Counted from the first letter of the stretch, positions 1-9,538 are shown. The stretch: 64,000 nt of DNA from an uncultured Bacteroidota bacterium (GCA_902587125.1 CACIJW010000001.1:205566-269565); one strand, 5' to 3'. Numbers and translations: made by a program. The notes: generated from the letters alone by a model not told the origin.

Positions 1-598
1 ACCCTTTATAAATTTGACTAAAAATTTTAGGACTACCTGAGTTCCAATTTCCAACTCCAAGAATAACAGATGGATTAAGTATTGTTACATTCAATCCCTC
101 AGCACTTGCTCTCCAAACATTTTGTTCAGCAAAATATTTAGTTTCGGCATAATAACTTTTGTTGATTCCAAAATCATAAAAATCATCCTCAGTAATTAGA
201 TTACTATTTGAATTACCAAGCGTGGCTATAGAACTAATATAGATAAGCTTCTCTATTTTATGAGCAAGAGAAGCATTAACCACATTTTCTGTTCCAAATA
301 TATTTATTTCTTCAAGTTTATTTTTATCGAATTTATTGAATGATACAAATCCTGCAGCATGAACAACCTTATCGCAATTTTCCATTGCTTGAAGTAGAGA
401 TTGATAGTCTGTAACGTCTCCCTTAACCCATTTAATATTTTGTGTTTTATTTTCAATACCATGAATTTTAAAAACATTTTTTACAATATTTAAGGTGCTT
501 GATTTTCTTTTTAGTGCCTTATATTCAACATTATTTCTCTCAAATAATGCTATTAAATTAGCACCAACCATGCCAGTTGCTCCAGTTACAAAAATCAT
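1..598 (-). CDS. NAD-dependent epimerase/dehydratase family protein (runs off the window's left edge)
   Basis: Not in the ORF track. Manual translation from ATG at 598 gives MIFVTGATGMVGANL (GxxGxxG Rossmann motif), HAAGFVSF, YISSIATLG and YAETK (YxxxK). Divergent from tyrS. Confidence 0.85.
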   Translation of the reverse strand, partial: MIFVTGATGMVGANLIALFERNNVEYKALKRKSSTLNIVKNVFKIHGIENKTQNIKWVKGDVTDYQSLLQAMENCDKVVHAAGFVSFNKFDKNKLEEINIFGTENVVNASLAHKIEKLIYISSIATLGNSNSNLITEDDFYDFGINKSYYAETKYFAEQNVWRASAEGLNVTILNPSVILGVGNWNSGSPKIFSQIYKG

Positions 599-602
599 AT
601 TA

Positions 603-610
603 CAAAAATA
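603..610 (-). promoter_or_regulatory. Bacteroidetes -7 promoter element TAttTTTG, 4 nt before ATG 598
   Basis: Reverse complement reads TATTTTTG-taat-ATG; matches TAnnTTTG. Confidence 0.6.
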
Positions 611-640
611 CAAATAACATGATTATTTAAGTTATGATGT

Positions 641-648
641 TATATTTG
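641..648 (+). promoter_or_regulatory. -7 promoter element TAtaTTTG upstream of tyrS
   Basis: Exact TAnnTTTG, 12 nt before ATG 661. Confidence 0.6.
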
Positions 649-660
649 TAACAAGTTAAT

Positions 661-1926
661 ATGGATTTTATAAAAGAACTTAAATGGAGAGGTATGATAC
701 AAGATATTGTACCTGGAACACAAGAGCAGTTTCAAAAAGAAATTACAAGTGCTTACATTGGGTTTGATCCAACCTCTGACTCATTGCATATTGGTAGTTT
801 GGTGCAAATAATGATTTTAAAACACTTGCAAGATTGTGGTCATAAGCCTATCATATTAGTTGGCGGAGCAACAGGTATGGTTGGAGATCCATCGGGAAAA
901 AGTAAAGAAAGAAACTTATTAGATGAAGCTACTCTAGAAAGAAACTTAAGCTCTATAAGTAAGCAGCTAGAAAAATTTTTAAATTTTGATTGTGGATCAA
1001 ACTCTGCAGAAATTGTAAATAACTTCGATTGGTTTAAAAACTATTCTTTTTTGGAGTTTATTAGAGACGTCGGTAAGCATATTTCAATTAATTATATGAT
1101 GTCTAAAGACTCTGTTAAAAGTCGATTAGAAACAGGCATGAGTTTTACAGAGTTTTCTTATCAACTTGTTCAAGGTTATGATTTTTACAGACTATGGAAA
1201 GATAAAAATTGTTTAGTTCAACTTGGTGGATCTGATCAATGGGGGAACATAGTAACTGGTATTGAACTGATCAGGAGAAAAGAAAGCTCAGATGCATTTG
1301 CAGTGACTTCACCTCTTTTAAAGAAATCAGATGGCGGTAAGTTTGGGAAAACAGAAGAGGGAAATGTTTGGTTAGATAAAAATAAAACCACTGTTTACAA
1401 ATTCTATCAATTTTGGATAAATTGTTCTGATGATGATGCAAAAAACTATATTAAAATTTTCTCAACCAAAACTCAAGAGGAAATTAACAAAATTATTGAT
1501 GAGCACGATAAAAATCCTCATCTTAGAAAACTTCAGAAAAAACTTGCTAAAGAAGTTACAATTTTTGTACATAGCAAAGAAGAGCTTGATGAGGCAATAA
1601 AAGCATCCAATATTTTATTTGGGAAATCTACAGCAAAAGACTTACAACAATTGAACGAAACAACATTCTTAAATATTTTTGAAGGTGTACAAACCAGCTA
1701 TATAATAAATGATGACTTAAATAAAAATCTATTAGATTTTCTAGTGAGTCAAAACATTTTTAAAAGCAACGGAGAGGCTAAAAGAATGATCCAGTCAAAT
1801 GCTGTTAGTATTAACAAAGAAAAAATTAGTCTTAGTCATACTATATCCTCCAAAGACTTTATAAAGGAAAAATACTTACTTGTTCAAAAGGGTAAAAAAA
1901 ACTACTATATCATAGTTCTCAAGTAG
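661..1926 (+). CDS. tyrS: Tyrosine--tRNA ligase
   Basis: YIGFDPTSDSLHIGS (HIGH-like), QLGGSDQWGNI, KFGKT (KMSKS-like), C-terminal S4-like domain. Confidence 0.97.
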   Translation: MDFIKELKWRGMIQDIVPGTQEQFQKEITSAYIGFDPTSDSLHIGSLVQIMILKHLQDCGHKPIILVGGATGMVGDPSGKSKERNLLDEATLERNLSSISKQLEKFLNFDCGSNSAEIVNNFDWFKNYSFLEFIRDVGKHISINYMMSKDSVKSRLETGMSFTEFSYQLVQGYDFYRLWKDKNCLVQLGGSDQWGNIVTGIELIRRKESSDAFAVTSPLLKKSDGGKFGKTEEGNVWLDKNKTTVYKFYQFWINCSDDDAKNYIKIFSTKTQEEINKIIDEHDKNPHLRKLQKKLAKEVTIFVHSKEELDEAIKASNILFGKSTAKDLQQLNETTFLNIFEGVQTSYIINDDLNKNLLDFLVSQNIFKSNGEAKRMIQSNAVSINKEKISLSHTISSKDFIKEKYLLVQKGKKNYYIIVLK

Positions 1927-2374
1927 CTCTTAAATAAAATTTTAAAATCTTTTCAAGCTCTTTATTTTTTTGTGAACCAAAAAGTAAGTTCTTACCACCC
2001 TTTAACTTAAGCATGACACCTTGGTTGCCGCTTGTAGTATATGATTTTGCTTTGAACCCAAACTTAATTCCCCAGCCTCCATAGTCTTTGATTGGCTTAT
2101 AATCTATAGCTTCGACAGATTCAATTTCTTCAAAACTTATTTTGTGATATGAAAAGTGTATTGGAAAGAATTGATAAAAAAAACCTTGTTCATTTACTTC
2201 AGTTCTAAGTTGCAAAAAATAAAATAAGGATGGGATTAAAATTCCAATAAGTACATAGTAAAAATTTATTCCAGCACCATCATAATTACCAAAAGACAAA
2301 ATTGGAAAAATTAATAAAATGACCCACAACCACCATTGATTAAATTTTTGTAGTTCTTTAAAATTTCTCTGCAT
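1919..2374 (-). CDS. Small membrane protein with two N-terminal TM helices (DUF6141-like)
   Basis: Hydrophobic N-half; YGGWGIK and SGNQGV motifs recall a Bacteroidetes PH-like family. Confidence 0.6.
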   Translation of the reverse strand: MQRNFKELQKFNQWWLWVILLIFPILSFGNYDGAGINFYYVLIGILIPSLFYFLQLRTEVNEQGFFYQFFPIHFSYHKISFEEIESVEAIDYKPIKDYGGWGIKFGFKAKSYTTSGNQGVMLKLKGGKNLLFGSQKNKELEKILKFYLRAT

Positions 2375-3743
2375 AATTTTTAAAAAATAAAGGAATAGTT
2401 TCTATGCCTTTTAAATAATTAAAAATACCGTAATGCTCATTGGGAGAGTGAATTGCATCAGAATCTAAACCAAATCCTAACAAAATTGACTTTACACCAA
2501 GCTCTTTTTCAAATAATGCAACAATAGGAATACTTCCACCTCCTCTGACTGGAACAGGTTTTTTACCAAAAGTTTCTGCTATTGCTTCGGATGCAGATAA
2601 GTATTCAATAGTATCAGTTGGAGAAACATATGGTGTTCCACCATGATGCGGTTTTACATTCACAGAAACTGAATCAGGAGCAATATTGCTAAAGTAATCA
2701 GTGAACTTTTTAGTAATCTCATCATCCGTTTGATTGGGCACTAATCTCATGGATATTTTTGCAAATGCTTTTGATGGTATAACAGTCTTAGCACCTTCAC
2801 CAGTATACCCCCCCCAAATTCCATTTACATCAAGAGTTGGTCTAATACCTGCTCGCTCCATTGTGGTATATCCCTCTTCACCATGAATATCTTTTAAATC
2901 TAATGCTTTTTTGTAGTCAATTTCCGAAAAAGGAGCACTATTTATTTCTGACCTTTCATTTTCAGAAAGAATATCTACATTATCATAAAAGCCAGGGATT
3001 GTAATTTGATTCTTGTCATTCTTCAATTTGGAAATCATTTCACATAAAATATTTATTGGATTTGCAACTGCCCCACCGTAAAGTCCTGAGTGTAAATCTC
3101 TATTAGGACCAGTTACTTCAACTTCTAAGTATGTTAATCCTCTTAGGCCTGTAGTAATTGATGGTATTTCGTTTGAGATTATACCAGTGTCTGAAATTAG
3201 TATTACATCACAGGACAGTTTTTGCTTATTTTTGATTAAAAAATCAGAAAGATTTTCAGATCCTACCTCTTCCTCTCCCTCAATCATAAATTTTATATTA
3301 CATGGTAAATTATCTGTTTTAAGCATGTACTCAAATGCTTTAAGATGCATGTAAAACTGACCTTTATCATCACATGCACCTCTTGCAAAGATCGCTCCTT
3401 GAGGATGACTATCTGTTTTTTTTATATAAGGTTCAAAAGGGGGTTTATCCCATAATTCAATCGGGTCAGGGGGCTGAACATCATAATGTCCATATACTAA
3501 AACAGTTGGTAAATTTTTATCTATAATTTTATCTGCATATACTATTGGATAACCATCTGTCTGGCACAATTTAACATTCTCTGCACCAGAAATTATAAGT
3601 TTATTTTTCACCAATTCAGCGCATTTTAAAACATCTTCTTTATATTTTGGATCAGCAGAAATTGACGGTATTTTTAAAATTTCAAATAACTCATCAATAA
3701 ATCTATCTCTATTTTCTTGTATGTATTCTTTTAAGTTCTTCAT
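2358..3743 (-). CDS. M20 family dipeptidase (ArgE/DapE-like)
   Basis: YGHYDVQP, ARGACDDKGQ, EGEEEVGS and HSPNE metal-binding motifs. Confidence 0.93.
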   Translation of the reverse strand: MKNLKEYIQENRDRFIDELFEILKIPSISADPKYKEDVLKCAELVKNKLIISGAENVKLCQTDGYPIVYADKIIDKNLPTVLVYGHYDVQPPDPIELWDKPPFEPYIKKTDSHPQGAIFARGACDDKGQFYMHLKAFEYMLKTDNLPCNIKFMIEGEEEVGSENLSDFLIKNKQKLSCDVILISDTGIISNEIPSITTGLRGLTYLEVEVTGPNRDLHSGLYGGAVANPINILCEMISKLKNDKNQITIPGFYDNVDILSENERSEINSAPFSEIDYKKALDLKDIHGEEGYTTMERAGIRPTLDVNGIWGGYTGEGAKTVIPSKAFAKISMRLVPNQTDDEITKKFTDYFSNIAPDSVSVNVKPHHGGTPYVSPTDTIEYLSASEAIAETFGKKPVPVRGGGSIPIVALFEKELGVKSILLGFGLDSDAIHSPNEHYGIFNYLKGIETIPLFFKNYAEKF

Positions 3744-3744
3744 T

Positions 3745-5256
3745 TTATATTAAGCTTTTTCCAGTCATTTCTGACGGTTGTTTTATATTCATAATTTTTA
3801 AGATTGTTGGCGCAATATCAGCTAAAATACCATCTTTCAAATTATTTGTTTCGTAATTAATTAAAAAACAAGGTACTTTATTCTTTGTGTGAGCTGTATT
3901 GGGAGAATTGTCATCATTTATAGCCATTTCAGCATTGCCATGATCAGCAATTACTAAGACAGTATAATTATTTTTTTGTGCACAATTAACAATTTTTCCT
4001 GTGCAGATATCTACAGTTTCAACTGCCTTGATTATTGATTTAAAAATACCTGTATGCCCAACCATATCTGGGTTTGCAAGATTAACACAAATAAAATTTG
4101 ATGTATTCTTTTCAAGTTCAGTGATTGTTTTTTCACAAACCTCGAATGCACTCATTTCAGGTTTTAAATCATAAGTTTTAACCTTTGGTGATTTTACTAA
4201 AATTCTTTTCTCACCATCAAACTTCTTCTCTCTACCACCTGAAAAGAAAAAGGTTACATGAGGATATTTTTCCGTTTCAGCAATTCTTGTCTGAGTTAGA
4301 TTATTTTTACTAATTATTTCTCCTAGAGTATTGTTTAAAACTTCTTTATCATATAAAACACTAACATTATTGAAACTTTCATCATATGTTGTCATAGTGT
4401 TATATTCAAGCTTTAGTTTCATCATACCTAAATCAACTTTATCTACTTGAGTAAGAACCTGAGTGATTTGCCGACAACGATCTGTACGAAAATTAAAACA
4501 TATAACAGCATCATCAGCTTTTATGTTGCATATCGGATTATTATTTGAATCTACTTTTACTATTGGTTTGATAAATTCATCAGTTATGTTTTCTTCGTAT
4601 GAATTTTTAATAGCTTCTATCAAGTTTTTAGATTTTGCTCCAACACCTTTAGTTAGTAAATCATATGCTAACTTAGTTCTTTCCCATCTTTGGTCTCTGT
4701 CCATAGCATAGTATCTACCACAAACGCTAGCAATATTTGAACCGTGACAATTTTTTTCTAAATCACTAATGTGTTTAATAGCACTTTTTGGATCAGTATC
4801 TCTTCCATCAGTAAAGGCGTGAATAAAAACATTTTTAACTTTTTTTTGAGCAGCAATTCTACATATTTCATAAAGATGTTTTTGGTGAGAATGAATCCCG
4901 CCGTCAGAGACTAAACCAATCAGATGCAAACTCTTGTTATTATTATTACAATAATTAATGCATTCAAGTAATTTCTTATTGCGCACTAGATTACCCTCTT
5001 CGCAATCATTATTGATTCTTTGCAAATCCTGAAATAGCACTCTTCCTGAACCAATATTTAAATGGCCAACCTCAGAATTACCCATTTGATTATCTGGCAA
5101 TCCTACATATGAACCGTGAGTAAGAAGTGTAGAGCTAAGTTTTGTTTTACTCAGCTGATCAATGAAAGGAGTATTAGCAACATGAATAGCATTTCTTGAA
5201 TCTTTAACACCGTAGCCCCATCCGTCTAAAATTAGAAGTAATAACTTTTGACTCAA
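3745..5256 (-). CDS. gpmI: 2,3-bisphosphoglycerate-independent phosphoglycerate mutase (TTG start)
   Basis: LILDGWG, QMGNSEVGH, AETEKYPHVTFFFSGG, NPDMVGHTG, ADHGNAE. Confidence 0.97.
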   Translation of the reverse strand: MSQKLLLLILDGWGYGVKDSRNAIHVANTPFIDQLSKTKLSSTLLTHGSYVGLPDNQMGNSEVGHLNIGSGRVLFQDLQRINNDCEEGNLVRNKKLLECINYCNNNNKSLHLIGLVSDGGIHSHQKHLYEICRIAAQKKVKNVFIHAFTDGRDTDPKSAIKHISDLEKNCHGSNIASVCGRYYAMDRDQRWERTKLAYDLLTKGVGAKSKNLIEAIKNSYEENITDEFIKPIVKVDSNNNPICNIKADDAVICFNFRTDRCRQITQVLTQVDKVDLGMMKLKLEYNTMTTYDESFNNVSVLYDKEVLNNTLGEIISKNNLTQTRIAETEKYPHVTFFFSGGREKKFDGEKRILVKSPKVKTYDLKPEMSAFEVCEKTITELEKNTSNFICVNLANPDMVGHTGIFKSIIKAVETVDICTGKIVNCAQKNNYTVLVIADHGNAEMAINDDNSPNTAHTKNKVPCFLINYETNNLKDGILADIAPTILKIMNIKQPSEMTGKSLI

Positions 5257-6000
5257 TTATTTTTTATTTATTGCTTTAAAAAAATTATCTCTCATTGTGA
5301 TACTAATACCATTGTTTTCGCCTAATCTTTCTGGGTGAAACTGAACAGCAATCATAAATGGATGTAAGTTACTATCTAATACAATCGCTTCTGGCAGCAT
5401 ATCATTTGAACGAGCTAAAACAATGACTCCCTTTGCTAAATCATTCAATCCTTGATGATGCCATGAGTTAACATTAAAAGATGATGTAGTGTCATTTTTT
5501 GGAAAGATAAAAGAATTATAAGTGTTCTGAGGATCTACCAAGTAAATGGAATGATTCACCTCTCCATTATTTCGATGAGTGACAGTATTTCCTATTTGAG
5601 TGGGAATATCAGCGTATAATGATCCTCCAGCAGCTACATTAATCATTTGCATTCCTCTACAAATACCTATAGTTGGAATTGAATTATTAAAGGCGTAATC
5701 AAATATTAATTTTTCTAATGTATCTCTATAATGATTAATCGTTTCACACAAATAAAGATTAGATGCATTGTCATACATAAGTGGGTTAATGTCTTCCCCT
5801 CCTGTTAAAACAATACCATCCACGATACTCAACAAAGAGTCTAAATTATTTGCTTGATAAGCATTTAAAATATTATATTTTTCATCCTCTAACCACTTTA
5901 CATAATTAAATGATGATTTAGATAATAGTATGTTTTTCTGCTTATTTGGAGTACAAGAAAGAAATATAGTGATAAAAAATAAGAAGGATATTTTATACAT
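5257..6000 (-). CDS. Peptidase C26 / gamma-glutamyl-gamma-aminobutyrate hydrolase family, predicted lipoprotein
   Basis: LTGGED, GICRG (catalytic Cys), VNSWHHQG, VQFHPE (His-Glu); N-terminus MYKISFLFFITIFLSC resembles a lipoprotein signal. Confidence 0.85.
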   Translation of the reverse strand: MYKISFLFFITIFLSCTPNKQKNILLSKSSFNYVKWLEDEKYNILNAYQANNLDSLLSIVDGIVLTGGEDINPLMYDNASNLYLCETINHYRDTLEKLIFDYAFNNSIPTIGICRGMQMINVAAGGSLYADIPTQIGNTVTHRNNGEVNHSIYLVDPQNTYNSFIFPKNDTTSSFNVNSWHHQGLNDLAKGVIVLARSNDMLPEAIVLDSNLHPFMIAVQFHPERLGENNGISITMRDNFFKAINKK

Positions 6001-6150
6001 GGTGGTTAAATGAGTAAAAATATAAAATGAAAATCAAAAAATTATTTATTTGTGCAACACAATTTTTATTTATTCATAATCTGTAAATAAAAATGAAAAA
6101 TTTAATATCACTTTATGGTTTTAAATTTTTAATTCTTTTTATAGCGTTTT

Positions 6151-6192
6151 CTTGCATTTTTTTGCAATTTTTTGCAATTTTTTGCAATTTTT
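6151..6192. repeat. 10-bp tandem repeat (TTTGCAATTT)x3 plus one degenerate copy
   Basis: cttgcatttt tttgcaattt tttgcaattt tttgcaattt; exact copies at 6161-6190. Confidence 0.9.
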
Positions 6193-6545
6193 ACACTTTA
6201 TAAACATTTTTATAATTTTTATAATATTTTTTATAAAAGGAATAATTAAAAAACTTATAGTTTAGAATGATTTAAATAGGTTTTTAAGATGTTTTATTTA
6301 ACTTTTGTGATTTTTTTGTGCTTTTTTAACAATTTAGCTTAATTATATATGTATAATAATGATTAATTTATTAATTATAAAATATTTGATTTTTTTTAAC
6401 TTCTTTTTACACTTTTTAATACTTAATTACCGTTTTTTTGAATTTTTTACTTTTTTTTAGTCTTTTTTTGACATACAATGTTGTTTTTTTTAAATTTTAG
6501 AATTTAAAATATTATGCAGCACATAACATTTACTAATTGGGTTGA

Positions 6546-6553
6546 TAAATTTG
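6546..6553 (+). promoter_or_regulatory. -7 element TAaaTTTG, 4 nt before ATG 6558
   Basis: TAAATTTG-taga-ATG. Confidence 0.6.
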
Positions 6554-6557
6554 TAGA

Positions 6558-6911
6558 ATGAAAAAATTAATTATTACCTTATTAGTATTGATAGCTAATT
6601 TATCATATGCGTCATTTCCAATTAATAGTCTGTCAATGGATACAACCATTAATAAAAAGAGTGAAACATTAGAACAGTATCAGAAAAGATTAATAAAGCA
6701 GGGGTTTTATAACTCTGAAAATGAGATATTAAATTCATTTACAAAAAAGAATAAGAAATCTAAAAAGTCAAGATTTTTACCTAACTGGAAATTATGGCAA
6801 AAAGCATTATTAATTATTCTATGTATACCGATAATTATTGTTATTTATTATATTATTTTCCCTCCATCAATATCTTTTAAAGAAGAAGATTTGATTATAT
6901 GGTCCGATTAG
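6558..6911 (+). CDS. Hypothetical exported/membrane protein (signal peptide, basic linker, C-terminal TM helix)
   Basis: MKKLIITLLVLIANLSYA|SFP signal-peptide pattern; hydrophobic ALLIILCIPIIIVIYYIIFPP; has its own -7 promoter element. Confidence 0.7.
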   Translation: MKKLIITLLVLIANLSYASFPINSLSMDTTINKKSETLEQYQKRLIKQGFYNSENEILNSFTKKNKKSKKSRFLPNWKLWQKALLIILCIPIIIVIYYIIFPPSISFKEEDLIIWSD

Positions 6912-6943
6912 ACGCTAATGATTTCAATAGACGCTAATGATTT
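6909..6943. repeat. 16-bp direct repeat TAGACGCTAATGATTT x2 with 3-bp spacer
   Basis: Copies at 6909-6924 and 6928-6943; the first overlaps the TAG stop of ORF 6558-6911. Confidence 0.9.
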
Positions 6944-6962
6944 TTAAACTTTTAAAAATCAC

Positions 6963-8291
6963 TCAGATTTCCTTTAAGATCATATCTACAACAAAATCAT
7001 CATCCCATTTTTTTTCTATTTGAGGTAGTTTCATGATTTTTTCCATTATTTGTTCTTGTTTCTTACCAACTTCCCAAGCTGTTGAATACTTGATATTTGA
7101 AAAGCTAACCATACTATACAGAGGTAACCATTTTTCTGGGTGCAATTTTGAGACTTTTTGTTCAATTTTCTTTTGTAATAAAAAATCAGGATCCGCTGTT
7201 TTATCTCTCATGACTATAAAATTGTGCAATGACAGATCTTGCAAACCATCACCCTCTGGCTTTCTATCAATTGAAAATTGATCAAAGCATTTTTCATAAT
7301 TTTCTTTATAGATGTCTAGCATATCTGAAAGTACTCTGCAATCTTCAAAGCCAGCATTCATACCTTGACCATAAAAAGGCACGGTAGCATGAGCTGAATC
7401 ACCAATAAGTAAAACATTTTTTTTGTTCCAGGGGAAGGTTTTAACTATTCCAAGCTCAGAAGTAGGATTGGCCTGCCATTGCTCATAAAGATTGGGAACT
7501 AGTTTAGCAAAGTCCGGAAAATGCTTGTTGAAATAGTGAATTGTTTCTTTCTCAGTACTTAAATTTTCAAATGAATCTTTTCCGCGTTTAGCAGCAAATA
7601 ATGTGCAGGTGAAGCTTCCATCTAAATTAGCAAGAGCTATAACCATAAAATTTCCTCTTGGCCATATATGTAGAGCTTCTTTTTCAATTAAGTAAGAATT
7701 GTTTGGCCCTGATGGTATCAAAAGTTCTTTATAGTCGTACTCTATTTTATTGTAATCATACATATGCCCTAGTTTTTCAACCATTTTAGCTCTTACATTT
7801 GAAAAAGTACCATCTGCACCAACAATAAAATCAGCTACATATGTTTTTTCTTGATCTAGCTGCAAAAATGTAGCTTTTGTATTATTAAAATCTACATCAA
7901 CACATTTTGAATTGAAATGTATTTCAGCGCCATACTTTTCTGCAAGATTTAGCATTAACAAATTAAGCTCTACTCTTGAAACAGAAAAAATTGCCTGATC
8001 AGATTCTCCATATTGTTGAAATGTTAAATTTCCTTTATTATCATGCATAACCCTTCTATACATTGGTATGGCAATTTTTTTAACATACTCGTGAATATCA
8101 GCTTGTTCCAGGGATGTCCAACCTCTTTTAGATAAAGCAAGATTGATAGATTTTCCAGCAGTAATCTTTTGAGTTCTTAAGTCTTTTCTTCTCTCAAAAA
8201 GTTGAACTGAATATCCTTTTTTAATTAGATGAATAGCACACAATGAACCAACTAGGCCAGCACCAATTACTATTACTTTTTTTTCTTTCAT
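6963..8291 (-). CDS. kmo: Kynurenine 3-monooxygenase
   Basis: GAGLVG FAD motif, GKSINLALS, EALHIWPRG, LIGDSAHATVPFYGQGMNAGFED, WLPLYSMVSF. Confidence 0.95.
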   Translation of the reverse strand: MKEKKVIVIGAGLVGSLCAIHLIKKGYSVQLFERRKDLRTQKITAGKSINLALSKRGWTSLEQADIHEYVKKIAIPMYRRVMHDNKGNLTFQQYGESDQAIFSVSRVELNLLMLNLAEKYGAEIHFNSKCVDVDFNNTKATFLQLDQEKTYVADFIVGADGTFSNVRAKMVEKLGHMYDYNKIEYDYKELLIPSGPNNSYLIEKEALHIWPRGNFMVIALANLDGSFTCTLFAAKRGKDSFENLSTEKETIHYFNKHFPDFAKLVPNLYEQWQANPTSELGIVKTFPWNKKNVLLIGDSAHATVPFYGQGMNAGFEDCRVLSDMLDIYKENYEKCFDQFSIDRKPEGDGLQDLSLHNFIVMRDKTADPDFLLQKKIEQKVSKLHPEKWLPLYSMVSFSNIKYSTAWEVGKKQEQIMEKIMKLPQIEKKWDDDFVVDMILKEI

Positions 8292-9538
8292 AATAATTTT
8301 TTTAGCGTTTGATAAAAATTAAATGTATCAGTAAAAGTATTGTATAAAGGAACAGGAGCTATTCTAATTACATCTGGCTCTCTCCAATCTGCTACGATAC
8401 CATTTTCAGTCAAATTATTAAATAGTTTTTTATCATAATTTTTTACTCTTATGGACAATTGACACCCTCTCATTGGGACATCTATAATTTCAATGTTTTT
8501 ATTATCAATGCTTTTTATTAAAAACTCTAAATAATTAGTTAATACTTTTGATTTTTTTATTAAATCATCCATTCCTACTTTGTCAAAGATAGACAGTGAA
8601 GCAAAGACAGGAGCTAGTGAAAAAATTGGTGGATTACTCAACTGCCATCCTTCAGCACTTTTGATTGGTTTAAATTTGTCATCCATTAAGAACCTTTCCT
8701 TTTTATTATGTCCCCACCAACCAGTGAATCTTGGAAGTTCCACATTGTGAAACCTTTCATTTACGAAAGCTCCTGCAATAGCACCAGGTCCTGAGTTTAG
8801 ATACTTGTAAGTGCACCAAACAGCAAAATCGACATTCCACTTGTTCAGCTCTAATTTTACATTTCCAATTGCATGAGCTAAGTCAAAACCAACTACAATT
8901 CCATTCTCATGACCGACCCTTGTGATTTTTTGCATATCAAATAACTGGCCAGTATAATAATTTACACCCCCGATTAAGATTAAAGCAATTTCATTAGAGT
9001 TTTCTTTAATAATTTTCTCAATATCTTCTTGTCTAATAAAATGCTCACCTTTTCTTGGCTCAAGTTTGATTAATGCCTCATCAGCTTTAAATCCATGAAA
9101 TTTAATCTGAGATTCAACTGCATAAATATCGGAGGGGAACGCGTCTTTTTCAATTAAAATTTTAAATTTATTTTTTTCAGGTTTATAAAAAGACACCATC
9201 ATTAAATGAAGATTAACTGTTAAAGTATTCATAGCAATCACTTCACTACTTTTTGCACCAATTAACTTACTGTAGCTTATACTCAACATCTCATGATATG
9301 GAAGCCATGGATTTTTTGCATGAAAATGTCCTTCAACACCATGAGTTTTCCAGTCATCAATTTCCTGAATTATATATTCTTTTGTTTTTTTTGGTTGTAG
9401 TCCAAGAGAATTGCCGCAAAAATATATTAACTCTTTCCCTTGTTTATTCTTGGGTATGAAAAATAAATCTTTATAACTTTTTAGACTATCTTTTTGATCA
9501 AGCTCTTCACAAAATGATTTATCAGTACTATACTTCAT
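8288..9538 (-). CDS. kynU: Kynureninase (probable ATG at 9538)
   Basis: YFCGNSLGLQP, MNTLTVNLH, DLAHAIGN, WCTYKYLNSGPG (PLP Lys), GWWGH; ATGA overlap with kmo. Confidence 0.96.
   Translation of the reverse strand: MKYSTDKSFCEELDQKDSLKSYKDLFFIPKNKQGKELIYFCGNSLGLQPKKTKEYIIQEIDDWKTHGVEGHFHAKNPWLPYHEMLSISYSKLIGAKSSEVIAMNTLTVNLHLMMVSFYKPEKNKFKILIEKDAFPSDIYAVESQIKFHGFKADEALIKLEPRKGEHFIRQEDIEKIIKENSNEIALILIGGVNYYTGQLFDMQKITRVGHENGIVVGFDLAHAIGNVKLELNKWNVDFAVWCTYKYLNSGPGAIAGAFVNERFHNVELPRFTGWWGHNKKERFLMDDKFKPIKSAEGWQLSNPPIFSLAPVFASLSIFDKVGMDDLIKKSKVLTNYLEFLIKSIDNKNIEIIDVPMRGCQLSIRVKNYDKKLFNNLTENGIVADWREPDVIRIAPVPLYNTFTDTFNFYQTLKKLL

Noticed and set aside
6093-6203. 36-codon hydrophobic ORF MKNLISLYGFKFLILFIAFSCIFLQFFAIFCNFYTL with a lipobox-like AFSC
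   Set aside because: The hydrophobicity follows from the T-tracts and the 10-bp repeat runs through it; no independent support.
6001-6557. T-rich intergenic region as oriC
   Set aside because: Only two imperfect DnaA-like 9-mers, no parS or mnmG nearby, and no orientation switch; the 47-50 kb region is better supported.
8737-8753. GTTCCAC-ATT-GTGAAAC in kynU resembling parS half-sites
   Set aside because: The 3-nt spacer breaks parS geometry; explained by coding sequence.
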